From the NCBI GenBank assembly GCA_964650375.1, contig CAZYTB010000001.1, forward strand, positions 2,052 to 60,519: a stretch of DNA of 58,468 nt, given 5' to 3'. The notes under the pieces were generated by a model. It had not been told where the DNA came from. It made no database searches and worked only from the letters and a program-made list of their open reading frames with translations. The DNA is from an uncultured Campylobacterales bacterium (GTDB taxonomy: Bacteria > Campylobacterota > Campylobacteria > Campylobacterales > Sulfurospirillaceae). Below, piece by piece: positions 20,851 through 31,450 of this stretch. Within the stretch, counting starts at the first letter, position 1. Each line of letters starts with the position of its first letter. The translations under genes were made by a program, and so were the position numbers.

Positions 20851-22539
20851 ATGATATTGGCTTACAAATTTAAATATATATCCACAAATATGGTTTTAGA
20901 AAACTTTTTAAAAACAATAGCTAGTGAATTTGAGATTAACTATTCAATTACAAAAGATGATTCTATTGTGACTTTATTCGTTAGTGATTGTGAGGAAAGA
21001 CTACATAAATTCGCTGATTTTATAGCATTTTATTTGCCTTTATCTATATTTTTAAAATCATCTAGCGTTGAAGTAGTAGATGAGATTACTGGTCAAAATT
21101 TAAAAATAGATGATTGTGATTTTGCATTGCCTTTTACTAAAAAAGCAATCACCCTAGCCAAAGATATCAACTCCACCTTTTACAATAATCCTTTTACACC
21201 AAATGAAATAGGGCTTACATGTAAGGATTGGAATAGCTCATTAGTGTTCAGTAAAAATAATAATATATTTATAGCAAATGACTCAAGCGCATATAAAAAA
21301 GTATATAAAGAGGTTGCAAATTTAATTGCCCATAATAAAACTGTAAGCATCAAAACTCCAAACGGTAATTTTTCTTTTTTAAAAGTCTCTAAAGAACATT
21401 TAAAAGATAAAAATAATTTTGAAATAATACCTACAGATTTAACTTGTGTTCAGAAAATGGTTATTTTAAATGAAAATGAGATAAAAACTTTGGCTTCTCT
21501 TGAAAAACCAATCATAAAAGCAAGAGTAAATTCAATATATGCATCAAAAGAAATATTGTCGAAACAAAATGTAAAAATTAGATTACCATATACTATACTT
21601 TTGCAACTAATATGTGAGGAACTCCGCAATATAGGAGTAGATTTTATTGTAAAAATCTCAAGTATAGAAACAAGTGAGTATTTTTTGGACTATGAAACTT
21701 TTATGCCAGAGTCTAATGAGCTGGAAGTAAGTGTCTTAGAAAATAACGAAGTACTTATATTGGACGGCGATGGATATGCGCCAATAAACTTAAAGAAAAA
21801 CTTAGAAAAACTAGAGATGCCTTCTTTTAGACAATTAGCTTCTATTTTAAAAGAGCGAAATTTATTTGATGATAAAACAAGTTGTTTTTATTTTAGTAAA
21901 ACTCATGATGATGCTATCTTGTATCATGATGGTGAAAAAGGAATGTTAGAATTTGTAAAATTTCCAGTATTTTCTTCGATAAAAGATATTTTTAAAAATA
22001 TAGAAAATCAGGATGATACAGGTAGAAAACTAGTTAAAAATTATAAAAATACTTTCAAAGATATTTATGAAAAAGCTATCAACTTAGAATTACCAGACAG
22101 CTTATCAAATAATCTCTATACTATTTTTGCTTTTTCATCCTTAATACTTGGTTATTGTGATAATTTTGGAAATGCCGCAGAAAAATTGATAGAAAATGCA
22201 GAAAATTTTGGTGGACAAAAAGGTCCTAGGATTGATTTTTATTTACAAGATAATGAAAAAATAAAATCAGATTTTAATCCATATAAAATGATTAGAAGTG
22301 CTATGAGCTTTAAACTTGCAGGAGTAGATGATCAAGTGTTAAGTTTTGGTTTTTTAGAAAGTCTGGCTTATTTTATTTCAGATATTGCTGATGCACACAA
22401 AGAAACACTCTCTAGTTCCAAAATTGCACTTGCTGGGTCAATGTTTGAATTCAAAATACTAAGTGAGCAAAGCTGTAAAAATCTTTTAGCAAATCATAAA
22501 ATATATTTTAATCGAGAATTACCGATAGACAACTTATAA
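20851..22539 (+). CDS. hydE: HydE-like hydrogenase accessory protein
   Basis: Position after hydD, LPLSIFL, KGPRIDF, SAMSFKLAG motifs typical of Campylobacterota HydE. Confidence 0.75.
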   Translation: MILAYKFKYISTNMVLENFLKTIASEFEINYSITKDDSIVTLFVSDCEERLHKFADFIAFYLPLSIFLKSSSVEVVDEITGQNLKIDDCDFALPFTKKAITLAKDINSTFYNNPFTPNEIGLTCKDWNSSLVFSKNNNIFIANDSSAYKKVYKEVANLIAHNKTVSIKTPNGNFSFLKVSKEHLKDKNNFEIIPTDLTCVQKMVILNENEIKTLASLEKPIIKARVNSIYASKEILSKQNVKIRLPYTILLQLICEELRNIGVDFIVKISSIETSEYFLDYETFMPESNELEVSVLENNEVLILDGDGYAPINLKKNLEKLEMPSFRQLASILKERNLFDDKTSCFYFSKTHDDAILYHDGEKGMLEFVKFPVFSSIKDIFKNIENQDDTGRKLVKNYKNTFKDIYEKAINLELPDSLSNNLYTIFAFSSLILGYCDNFGNAAEKLIENAENFGGQKGPRIDFYLQDNEKIKSDFNPYKMIRSAMSFKLAGVDDQVLSFGFLESLAYFISDIADAHKETLSSSKIALAGSMFEFKILSEQSCKNLLANHKIYFNRELPIDNL

Positions 22540-22578
22540 AACTCCATTTTTGGGTATAATAATAACTTTCATATACAA

Positions 22579-24270
22579 ATGGAGAATTTTTTGGACAAGT
22601 TTACAATTTTTTTTATAATTGCAACATTTTTTTCTCCTCTTATTTCTGCTTTGGGAATTTTGGGGAGTTTTAAAAAGCTAAATATAAATATATATAAGAT
22701 ATCAATCACTTTTGCCTACCTGGCTGTTTTCTTATCTTTTGTTTCACTAGTTTTATTTTTCTATGCTTCAGACACTAATATTTACTTTTTGCATAATTCT
22801 ATATATACTTTATATATCACTCCTCTTAGTGTTGTTTTTGTATTTTTTGTTTCTCTTGTATCTTTGGTAATTCATCTCTATTCGATTAAGTACATGTATG
22901 ATGAAGAAGGTTATGCTAGGTATTTTATACTTCTAGATTTGATGATTTTAGTTATCTTTGGTTTAGCAATCGTTGGAAATATCATAATGCTGGTAGCTTT
23001 TTGGCATATGATGGGAGTGATTTTATACTTCTTGTTGATACATAACTTTAGAAACAAGCAAACCTGTAAATATGGCTTTTACACACTGTTTACTCATCTT
23101 TTGGCAGATATTCCTCTTTTGATTGCAGTTTATCTTATATATAATTACTATGATACCTCAGATTTAAAACAATTTTTAGAGATTATTTCCAACTCAAAAG
23201 AGATATACTTTTTAAACACAAGCATATCCGTATCTTCCATAATTGCACTTTTTATAATGATAAGTGCCATTATAAAATCAGCCCAATTTCCCTTTCATAT
23301 TTGGCTTCCTTTTACGCTTGAGGGACCAAACCCCGTATCAGCTCTTATGCATGCAGGCATCGTAAATGCAGGAGCATTCATTGCAAATAGATTTGCACCA
23401 CTTTTCTTACATGGTGAAGTTGCTCTTCATGTTGCACTTGTTATAGGATTTATAACTGCCATAATAGGCTCGGCCTTGATGCTCATGCAAAATGATATAA
23501 AGAAGGCGCTTGCTTATTCAACTATGGGACAAATGGGATATATGATGCTTGAAATCGGAAGCGGGGCATTTGCCTTGGCGATTTACCATATGATGGTGCA
23601 TGGTATCTTCAAAGCTTCTTTATTTTTAGGCTCCGGAGGTGCTATACATGAATCAAGAAATGAGCCAAATATCACCGATAGATCGATATTTGATTTTTTC
23701 TTTTCAAAAGCAGTACATAAAAAGCCATCAATACTGGAGTATTTGCTATTTGTTCTAGTTATTCCTATGAGTGTAACTTTTTTGATATTTTTTCCACTTA
23801 TAAAAGAAAACTCATATGACAGCGCTATGCTGTTTTATCTTTTCGCATGGGTTAGTGGTGCCCAGATGATTTACACGATGTACCGCACTCATAAAAGACT
23901 TAAGGCTCTGATTTTAACAAACATCGGCTTTATAATTACTCTTTTTGTTTATATTAAAGCAGAACATACATCTGGTGGTGTTTTGTATCCCAATAGAGAA
24001 CTTTTTGAAGGTTTATTTAAAGCATCATCTTGGAATGATGCAACATTTTTTATGATATATGGGATTATAGTCAGTATTGTTATTTTTGTTTGGATATTTG
24101 CTTATCAGAAATTAGTTTATCACAAAAGTGTTTTTGAGAAATTTGGTGATTTATATGATTTTGTATATAGAATTTTTGGAAGAGAATTTTATATATTAGA
24201 TATCTGTTCATCTTCATCACACATGTTAATAGATCTATCCAAAAGCATAAATCATAAGATAAAGTATTAA
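22579..24270 (+). CDS. dabB: DAB inorganic carbon pump membrane subunit (NuoL/ND5-like); start may be TTG 22591
   Basis: KSAQFPFHIWLP, EGPNPVSALMHAG, LAYSTMGQMG; adjacent to DUF2309 gene; no other nuo genes. Confidence 0.88.
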   Translation: MENFLDKFTIFFIIATFFSPLISALGILGSFKKLNINIYKISITFAYLAVFLSFVSLVLFFYASDTNIYFLHNSIYTLYITPLSVVFVFFVSLVSLVIHLYSIKYMYDEEGYARYFILLDLMILVIFGLAIVGNIIMLVAFWHMMGVILYFLLIHNFRNKQTCKYGFYTLFTHLLADIPLLIAVYLIYNYYDTSDLKQFLEIISNSKEIYFLNTSISVSSIIALFIMISAIIKSAQFPFHIWLPFTLEGPNPVSALMHAGIVNAGAFIANRFAPLFLHGEVALHVALVIGFITAIIGSALMLMQNDIKKALAYSTMGQMGYMMLEIGSGAFALAIYHMMVHGIFKASLFLGSGGAIHESRNEPNITDRSIFDFFFSKAVHKKPSILEYLLFVLVIPMSVTFLIFFPLIKENSYDSAMLFYLFAWVSGAQMIYTMYRTHKRLKALILTNIGFIITLFVYIKAEHTSGGVLYPNRELFEGLFKASSWNDATFFMIYGIIVSIVIFVWIFAYQKLVYHKSVFEKFGDLYDFVYRIFGREFYILDICSSSSHMLIDLSKSINHKIKY

Positions 24271-24278
24271 GAGCAATT

Positions 24279-25016
24279 ATGGATAAATTAATCATTTTGG
24301 TACTATTTTTACTTCCAATTTTTCCTTTGAGCATGGTTGTAAATAAATTTTTAAATACTTTATCCTCAAAGCAGTTTTCTTATAGCATATTGGTGTTTTT
24401 CATTGTTGGAAATTTGCTTCTTATAAATATAAATTTGAGTTCAGACTTGCTTCAATTTCTCGCGGTTTTTACTATTTTCTTTTATAGTTTCAGGCTTCTA
24501 GGCGTAAATAATCTAAAAACTTTTATAATGTATATTTATCCAATAATTTCTTCTACTTCACTATTATGGTATTTAGCTGGAGGAAATATTATAGAATTTA
24601 TGTTTATAAAAGTTCCAATTTTGGCTTCATTTTTAGCTCTTTTTTATTTTTTATCAAATCAATTCAGTGTGATTCATCGAAAAAGTTTAACCGGACTTGG
24701 AAATGTAATGCCAAGATTTTCAATTTTATTTATTATTTCACTTATGGGTATTTCTTCATCTTTATTATTTTTAGGATATGAAATATTAGAAATTGAATTA
24801 TCTAAACTCCAAATTGTATATGGAATTATTTTGATGATATCCTGGATTTTCATAAATTGGAGCTCCATAAGACTTATAGAATGGCTAATATATGGAATTT
24901 CAAATAAAAATAAAATATATAACGATTTGAACTATTCTCAAATGATAACTTTAATAATATTACTTTTCACAACTGTTGGATTTTTTATATTTTACACAAC
25001 TCAAGGCTCAGTATGA
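24279..25016 (+). CDS. Polytopic membrane protein, probable third DAB subunit (partial antiporter-like)
   Basis: Very hydrophobic; GLGNVMPRFSILF resembles a NuoM/L segment; overlaps the dabA start. Confidence 0.6.
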   Translation: MDKLIILVLFLLPIFPLSMVVNKFLNTLSSKQFSYSILVFFIVGNLLLININLSSDLLQFLAVFTIFFYSFRLLGVNNLKTFIMYIYPIISSTSLLWYLAGGNIIEFMFIKVPILASFLALFYFLSNQFSVIHRKSLTGLGNVMPRFSILFIISLMGISSSLLFLGYEILEIELSKLQIVYGIILMISWIFINWSSIRLIEWLIYGISNKNKIYNDLNYSQMITLIILLFTTVGFFIFYTTQGSV

Positions 25017-28000
25017 TAGTTTCAAATAAAGAAATTTTGTATATTAATGCACTCATTGAAAACGCAGTAGATCTTTTTCATAATTTTTGGCCTATGACTT
25101 CGTTTATTCATCATAATCCTCTGCATGGTTTTGAAAATATGCATTTTGAAGATGCTATAAATAAGGCTCAAATTTACTTTCACAATAGAAAATTCTTATC
25201 AAGAGAAGAATATCAGGAATTTTTTGAAAAAGGTAAAATAAAACCTGAAAAGTTAAAAAATGAAATTAAAGACTATTGTCAAAAAAGAGAACTAAATAGT
25301 GTATATGAAAAACTTTTTTTACACATTTTGACAAATACTAAAAAATTACAAAGATCTGATTTTACTCATAATGAACAAATAGAAAAAATAAAAAATAAAA
25401 TTTCAAATGTATGTACGGTTCAAAAATCAAAAAAATTAGGAGTTAATTTTGGTTTTTGTGATGGGCTTGATAACTTATATGGAACAAATCTTTGCGAAGA
25501 GATAAATAGAAAATTAAATAGAGTAGCTATGAGGCACTTAGATGAAGGTCAAGCTACTTGGGAGCCGGCAGATAAGAAAAAAGGAATGTTTCATTCTTGG
25601 AGAAGATTAATTAAAAAAGATAAAGTATTTTTTAGCCCATCTCTTCAAATTTGCAGAATCTTGGATCAATGTAATAAGCCGGAAGATATAATTTATTGGG
25701 TTTTAAATGAACTCAAACTCCCAAAAGAAGAATGGGGTGATTTCTTCGTGTTGCAGTTTGGAAAGCTACATGGTTGGACTGGATTTTTAAGATGGAGAAG
25801 CACAAATAAAGACTATTTGTATCAGAAAAAATATCCTGCATTTTTAGAAGAATTTTTGGCTATAAGACTCTATTTTCTATACATGTATTTGCAAAAAATT
25901 GAAAAAAAAATAGGTTTCTTCCCTAATTTTGAAAGATTAAAATTAGAATTAGATAAAAAAGAAAGTTTTTTAAGGTTGGAATATCATAGTGGCAAAATAC
26001 TTCCAGACTTCATTGAAAAATATGAGAATGCGCAACAAAATAAATGTTTAGATGAAATATATGAAGAATATATGATTGCTTATAATGAGAATGATAAGCA
26101 ATCAAATGCCAAATTTTTACATTTCATTTTAAAAGATTTTGATGAAGATTTTGAAGAGTATGATGTGCTTTTAAATAACCTTAAAGATTTTGAAGAAAAT
26201 GAGGGTTTTATTTGGTTAAAGGCTATGGAAGAGGGCTACATAGAAAATATGATGAGAGAAATACTGCCAAACATACAAAAGCAAAGCCTAAAATTACCAA
26301 ATACCCAATTCTTTTTTTGCATAGATGTGAGAAGCGAGGGAATAAGACGCCATATAGAAGAGTCTGGAAATTTTGAAACATTTGGGATTGGTGGATTTTT
26401 TGGTATACCATTAAAACTAATAGATATATCAAAAAAACACGAAGTAAATTTATGCCCTGCCGTTGTTAGACCTAAAAATGTTATATACAAATTTGAAGAT
26501 GGCAAAGGAAAACAAAGTCTAAAACTTAAAAAAGCACTCAAGCATATTTACCACGACTTAAAATACAATACAATGTCGGCTTTTTTCACAGTAGAAACGA
26601 TAGGACTTTTGTTTGGGTTTGATTTTTTTGGAAAAAGCATATGGCCAAATCTATATATGCCCATACGAAATAAAATATTTAATGAAGATTATAATGGTAA
26701 GCTTTTGGTAGATAAATATCCAAAAAGTGAAATTTTACATAAAATTAAATCACTACAAAAAGAAATTATAAAAATTGCCATAAAAGACAACTATGCACTA
26801 GATGTCACAGATTTAGATAAAGAACTAGATGAGTTTTTAGAAATAGCTACTTCACATGAGAATTTACTAAAGCTGGAAAAGAGTAGGATTGAACCAGTTA
26901 CAAAGCTAGCTAAGGTTCTTAATTTGATGCACCATGAAGAAGTCAGGTTGTTAAAATTACTCCAAGAAGTGTATCAAGTTTCCTCATTTCACAAAATGAA
27001 ACATATAGAAAAACTCTCAAAAGTTGGTTTCACTTTTAAAGAGCAGCTCTTTTATGCTAAAAACGCCCTGAAACTCACAGGACTTACAGATAATTTTGCA
27101 GCAGTTGTAGTATTTTGTGGTCATGAAAGCAAGTCTGAAAACAATCCTTATGAATCAGCACTTGATTGTGGAGCTTGTGGAGGAAAAAGTAGTGACACAA
27201 ATGCGAGAGTATTGACATATATCTTAAATAAACCACAAATTAGAGAGGCACTAAAGCCTGACATAAATATACCCCAGAATACAATATTTGCAGGAGCCAT
27301 CCATAATACCGTAACGGATAAAGTTGTAATTCACACTTATAATATACCTCAAAATAGACTGGAAGATATAGCTAAAATACAGACAAAAGTTGATATTGCA
27401 ACAAGAAACCAGGCTCTAGAAAGAGTAAAAAGGCTGCCTTTTGGAAACAAATTAAGTGATAAAAAAGCTCTAAAATTTATACAAAGAAACACACAAGATT
27501 GGTCGCAAACCAGACCGGAGTGGGGACTTGCTACAAACCACTCTTTCATAATAGGATCAAGAGATATAAGCAGAGATATAAAGTTTAAAAATAGAGTATT
27601 TTTGCACTCTTATGACTCCACTAAAGATAAGACAGGTTACTATCTAGAGATAATCCTATCAGCGCCATTAATTATAGGTGAGTGGATAAATATGGAACAT
27701 TTTTTTTCATCTTTGGATAATAAAGCCTTTGGAAGTGAAAGTAAAGTTTATCATAATGTTGTAGGAAGATTTGGTGTAATAAGTGGCAACATGAGTGATC
27801 TTAGAACTGGTTTGGCAGCTCAAAGCGTACATTTACGAGGCAAGATTTATCATGAGCCTATAAGATTGATAACTTTTGTAGATGCCCCATTTTATGAGTA
27901 TAGAAGAACAATAGACAAGATAAGAAAAGTTTCAGAATTAGTATATAATGAGTGGATAAAGATGATTTTCATAGATAGACAGGAAGAGGCATTTTTTTAC

Positions 28001-28057
28001 TACCATGGGAATTCCCAAAGTTGGAAAAAGATAGAATTTAGCAAAGTCCATCCCTAA
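25013..28057 (+). CDS. dabA: DAB soluble subunit (DUF2309/UPF0753, beta-carbonic-anhydrase-like)
   Basis: WPMTSFIHHNPLHGFE; Zn ligands CIDVRSE, CGHES, LDCGACGG; RPEWGL; FLHSYD. Confidence 0.95.
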   Translation: MIVSNKEILYINALIENAVDLFHNFWPMTSFIHHNPLHGFENMHFEDAINKAQIYFHNRKFLSREEYQEFFEKGKIKPEKLKNEIKDYCQKRELNSVYEKLFLHILTNTKKLQRSDFTHNEQIEKIKNKISNVCTVQKSKKLGVNFGFCDGLDNLYGTNLCEEINRKLNRVAMRHLDEGQATWEPADKKKGMFHSWRRLIKKDKVFFSPSLQICRILDQCNKPEDIIYWVLNELKLPKEEWGDFFVLQFGKLHGWTGFLRWRSTNKDYLYQKKYPAFLEEFLAIRLYFLYMYLQKIEKKIGFFPNFERLKLELDKKESFLRLEYHSGKILPDFIEKYENAQQNKCLDEIYEEYMIAYNENDKQSNAKFLHFILKDFDEDFEEYDVLLNNLKDFEENEGFIWLKAMEEGYIENMMREILPNIQKQSLKLPNTQFFFCIDVRSEGIRRHIEESGNFETFGIGGFFGIPLKLIDISKKHEVNLCPAVVRPKNVIYKFEDGKGKQSLKLKKALKHIYHDLKYNTMSAFFTVETIGLLFGFDFFGKSIWPNLYMPIRNKIFNEDYNGKLLVDKYPKSEILHKIKSLQKEIIKIAIKDNYALDVTDLDKELDEFLEIATSHENLLKLEKSRIEPVTKLAKVLNLMHHEEVRLLKLLQEVYQVSSFHKMKHIEKLSKVGFTFKEQLFYAKNALKLTGLTDNFAAVVVFCGHESKSENNPYESALDCGACGGKSSDTNARVLTYILNKPQIREALKPDINIPQNTIFAGAIHNTVTDKVVIHTYNIPQNRLEDIAKIQTKVDIATRNQALERVKRLPFGNKLSDKKALKFIQRNTQDWSQTRPEWGLATNHSFIIGSRDISRDIKFKNRVFLHSYDSTKDKTGYYLEIILSAPLIIGEWINMEHFFSSLDNKAFGSESKVYHNVVGRFGVISGNMSDLRTGLAAQSVHLRGKIYHEPIRLITFVDAPFYEYRRTIDKIRKVSELVYNEWIKMIFIDRQEEAFFYYHGNSQSWKKIEFSKVHP

Positions 28058-28074
28058 AATAAAAGGAAAAATAC

Positions 28075-28380
28075 ATGATTATGCAAAAAATGAAAAGAAT
28101 TGAAATAATAACAGAAGGTTCAAATCTTGAAATGCTTAAAAGAATTTTGGATAAAGTTGAAATATCAGGATACACAATATTTCATAATCTAGAAGGCATG
28201 GGAAGTCACGGATTTCATGAAGGACACCTTCTTTTTAATGAAGAAGATGCTCTTATTATGCTTATGAGCGTAGTGGACGCTGAAAAAGCAAATGATATCG
28301 CCCTTGGGCTTGAACCATTTTTAAAAAAACACTCAGGTGCCATATTTTTAACTGATATTATTAGAGCAAAGGCTCAGTAA
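28075..28380 (+). CDS. PII-like signalling protein (SbtB-like)
   Basis: MKRIEII, SGYTI, GMGSHG, GAIFLTD; directly follows dabA. Confidence 0.82.
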   Translation: MIMQKMKRIEIITEGSNLEMLKRILDKVEISGYTIFHNLEGMGSHGFHEGHLLFNEEDALIMLMSVVDAEKANDIALGLEPFLKKHSGAIFLTDIIRAKAQ

Positions 28381-28381
28381 G

Positions 28382-29899
28382 TTGAATGATATTGTACTAT
28401 GCACATTTAATGCTAGATATACTCATACTTCTATTGGGCTCAGGTATCTTTTTGCAAACCTCAAAGAGTTACAGGAAAAAGCTAAAATCATAGAATTTGT
28501 TATAAATTCCAGTGTTGAAGATGCAGTTGAACAAGTTTTGGTAGAAAATCCAAAGATTATGGGAATAGGAGCTTATATTTGGAATGCAATTGAAGTTGGC
28601 GAATTTATAAAAATTTTGAAAAAAGTTGCTCCACAAATCATCTTGATAACAGGTGGTCCGGAAGCTAGTTATTTTCCTCATAGAGTTGACTTTAGTGGCT
28701 CAGATTATTTTGTTTTAGGCGAGGGTGATATAGCCTTTTATAAGCTTTGCAAAATGATATTTGAGGGAAATCCGCCACAAAATAAAATAATAAAAGCGCC
28801 AATGGTAGATTTGAGTAAAATCGAATTGCCATATAAATATTTTAGTGATGAAGATATAGCACATAGATACATATATATTGAAGCAAGCCGTGGTTGTCCT
28901 TATTTTTGTGAGTTTTGCCTCTCATCTTTAGATAAAAAAGTAAGAAATATTGAGATAGACAGGTTCTTAAAAGAGCTTCAGATTTTGTGGGATAGGGGAG
29001 TGAGAAGTTTCAAATTTATAGATAGAACATTTAATCAAGGGATTGAGCGAGCAAACAAATTTATGGATTTTTTTCTTTCAAAAGAGCCACCATATTTTAT
29101 ACATTTTGAAGTTGTACCAGATAATTTTCCAAGTTCGCTAAAGGAAAGAATTAAACAATTTCCACCAGCTTCACTCCAGCTTGAAGTTGGAATTCAGACA
29201 TTGAACCCAGAGATTTCAAACAATATTTATAGAAAACTAAACATAGAAAAAATAGAAAAAAATCTTAATTTTTTAGATAATGAAACAAAAGCACACCTAC
29301 ATGTAGATTTAATTGTAGGGTTACCGGGAGAAAGCTTGGAGGAATTTGGTAAAAATCTAGATAGACTTTATTCTATGACAAAATGTGAAATACAAATAGG
29401 CATACTAAAAAAACTCTCGGGCACCACAATAGATCGCCATGACAAGATATATGTCATGAAATACAACAACAAGCCTCCATATGATATCTTGCAAAATGAT
29501 TTGATACCATTTTCCATGATGCAAAAAATAAAAAGATTTGCAAGGTTTTGGGATTTGGTGTATAACAGTGGAAATTTTAAAAAAAGTGTTACATATCTTT
29601 TTGTTGATGGAAAAGTATATGATGGATTTTTTGCTTTTAGTGAGTGGATATACTCTCAAACATTATCAACATGGCAAATATCGCTAGATAGATTAGCAAA
29701 ACTTCTCTTCGAATATATAACCACACAGCTACATGTAGAAGAATTTGAGTTAAAGAAACTTTTAATTGATGATATAAATGTGATTAAAGGAAGAAAATTA
29801 CCAAAGTTTTTAAGAATTTATGAGAGTAAAGAAGAAAAGAATGAAAAAAAATCTTTGACTTTTAATAAACGCCAGTTAAAACACTCCGTATCAAACTAG
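28382..29899 (+). CDS. B12-binding radical SAM protein (DUF4080 type)
   Basis: NARYTHTSIGLRYL, GGPEAS, EASRGCPYFCEFC, FIDRTFN, DLIVGLP. Confidence 0.9.
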   Translation: MNDIVLCTFNARYTHTSIGLRYLFANLKELQEKAKIIEFVINSSVEDAVEQVLVENPKIMGIGAYIWNAIEVGEFIKILKKVAPQIILITGGPEASYFPHRVDFSGSDYFVLGEGDIAFYKLCKMIFEGNPPQNKIIKAPMVDLSKIELPYKYFSDEDIAHRYIYIEASRGCPYFCEFCLSSLDKKVRNIEIDRFLKELQILWDRGVRSFKFIDRTFNQGIERANKFMDFFLSKEPPYFIHFEVVPDNFPSSLKERIKQFPPASLQLEVGIQTLNPEISNNIYRKLNIEKIEKNLNFLDNETKAHLHVDLIVGLPGESLEEFGKNLDRLYSMTKCEIQIGILKKLSGTTIDRHDKIYVMKYNNKPPYDILQNDLIPFSMMQKIKRFARFWDLVYNSGNFKKSVTYLFVDGKVYDGFFAFSEWIYSQTLSTWQISLDRLAKLLFEYITTQLHVEEFELKKLLIDDINVIKGRKLPKFLRIYESKEEKNEKKSLTFNKRQLKHSVSN

Positions 29900-29907
29900 A
29901 GAGTATT

Positions 29908-30639
29908 CTAAATCCATATATCCTTCTCATTTAAAGATGCATTATTTTGCATAATTTCATAAGGTTTATATCTGTCTTTATAGTTTAAACTTGGACAGTT
30001 TTCCACATAATAACCCAAGTAAATCCATTTGAGATTAAAGTTTTTTGCTAGTTGAATTTGCATATATATTGAATATCTACCGAGAGAGAAATTTGCAAAA
30101 TGTGGGTCATAGAAGAAATAAATAGAAGAAATTCCATCATCTAAAAAATCAACTAAATCAACAGCTACAAGCCTATCGTCAATATAATATAAAATCTCTT
30201 TTCCAAACTTACCAGCACCAGACATGTATAGTTCACGGTAACCATTTGGCGTTATTTTGTAGTTTTTCCAACCTTTTTTAGTCTCCATATGCTTATGATA
30301 TTTTTCATATATTTCTAGATGCTCATGTGTTATAGTCGGACTCTGTATTGAAAATATTGTATCTTTGTTTTTGTTGATTGTTCTTCGTGCATTTCTACTA
30401 AAACTATAATTTTCTACATTAATTCTCAAACTCTTGCATTCATCACAACCATTACATTGCGGTCTTGAGTAATACTTGCCAAATCTTCTCCAGCCTCTTT
30501 TTACTAATTCATTATTTAGATTACTTGAGCAATTATCTATATATTTGTATTGCATTCTTGAAGATTTATCCGCAAGATACGAACAAGTATTTTCTAATGT
30601 TGAAAATTCAATAATTTTTGTAGATATTTTTTGATTCAT
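29908..30639 (-). CDS. ate: Arginyl-tRNA-protein transferase family / Asp-Glu leucyltransferase (Bpt)
   Basis: CSYL, GWRRFG, CNGCDECKSLR, SSIYFFYDP, YLGYYVENCPSLNYK. Confidence 0.9.
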   Translation of the reverse strand: MNQKISTKIIEFSTLENTCSYLADKSSRMQYKYIDNCSSNLNNELVKRGWRRFGKYYSRPQCNGCDECKSLRINVENYSFSRNARRTINKNKDTIFSIQSPTITHEHLEIYEKYHKHMETKKGWKNYKITPNGYRELYMSGAGKFGKEILYYIDDRLVAVDLVDFLDDGISSIYFFYDPHFANFSLGRYSIYMQIQLAKNFNLKWIYLGYYVENCPSLNYKDRYKPYEIMQNNASLNEKDIWI

Positions 30640-30809
30640 GAATTTATTTTTTTAATATCACTATCTTTTATAAAAGATAAAAATTCATCTTTTAGTTCAT
30701 TCTCTTTTTTCATTTTAATATTATTTATCTTTTTTTCATTCTCTTTTTTTTCATCTTCAGCCATATTTTTCTTTAAATCTTTCAAGTCATCAAATAGTGA
30801 ATTTTGCAT
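30636..30809 (-). CDS. Small charged hypothetical protein (57 aa), below the ORF-track cutoff
   Basis: MQNSLFDDLKDLKK...ELKDEFLSFIKDSDIKKINS; GGAGA RBS; TGA overlaps ate ATG; TGATATAAT promoter on minus strand at 30836-30844. Confidence 0.75.
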   Translation of the reverse strand: MQNSLFDDLKDLKKNMAEDEKKENEKKINNIKMKKENELKDEFLSFIKDSDIKKINS

Positions 30810-30882
30810 ATTGTCTCCAACTTATATTTTTTCTTATTATATCAAAATTAATTTATTATTTGTTGTATTAAAATCCTAATGA

Positions 30883-30891
30883 TGTTATAAT
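30883..30891 (+). promoter_or_regulatory. Extended -10 promoter
   Basis: TGTTATAAT upstream of 30924. Confidence 0.6.
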
Positions 30892-30923
30892 AAATATAAT
30901 ATAAAATCTCACAAGGAAATAAT

Positions 30924-31211
30924 TTGATAAAAGTTACATTTAATGCTTTTAATTTTTTAAGAAAAAAGCTGAAAGAACAAAATATCCCATATGTAAATGC
31001 GATTTTAGAATTTCCAGATGGCTACACACCAAATGACATTATAAAACAGTTTGGTTATGATGATAATGAAGTAGAGGCTGTATTTATAAATAGAAAAGTA
31101 TTACCAAAAGAGACAATACTTAAAAATGGTGACAGAATAGCTCTTCTGCCACCAGGAACACCAGGTTCTTATCGCCTAATGCTTGGAATAAAGAAAGCGG
31201 AGAAGGATTAA
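30924..31211 (+). CDS. MoaD/ThiS ubiquitin-fold protein lacking C-terminal GG
   Basis: VEAVFIN...LKNGDRIALLPPGTPGSYR. Confidence 0.75.
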   Translation: MIKVTFNAFNFLRKKLKEQNIPYVNAILEFPDGYTPNDIIKQFGYDDNEVEAVFINRKVLPKETILKNGDRIALLPPGTPGSYRLMLGIKKAEKD

Positions 31212-31450
31212 CCTCCTCCAACTTTTGGAAATATAGTAAAGATATGTCCATCTTCTAGAACAAAATCTTCTTCTATATGTCTTCCATCCACCATTAAAAC
31301 CCCTATAGGCAATCTTTCTTTGTCTATCCCAATATCTTCAAGTATATATTTTGCGGTAGAGCCCTTTGGATAACTTCTTACCTCTACTTTAAATCTACCA
31401 TCTCTATAGTGAGCAAAGAGTTTCACGGTAATATTCATCATCTCACTCAT
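31208..31450 (-). CDS. MoaD/ThiS sulfur carrier
   Basis: TVKLFA...LEDGHIFTIFPKVGGG with C-terminal GG; ATG overlaps the AOR stop. Confidence 0.85.
   Translation of the reverse strand: MSEMMNITVKLFAHYRDGRFKVEVRSYPKGSTAKYILEDIGIDKERLPIGVLMVDGRHIEEDFVLEDGHIFTIFPKVGGG

Noticed and set aside
22579-24270. Respiratory complex I nuoL
   Set aside because: No other nuo genes nearby; adjacency to DUF2309 indicates DabB
30631-30879. 82-aa plus-strand ORF
   Set aside because: Phe/Ser-rich shadow of the real 57-aa minus-strand gene at 30636-30809
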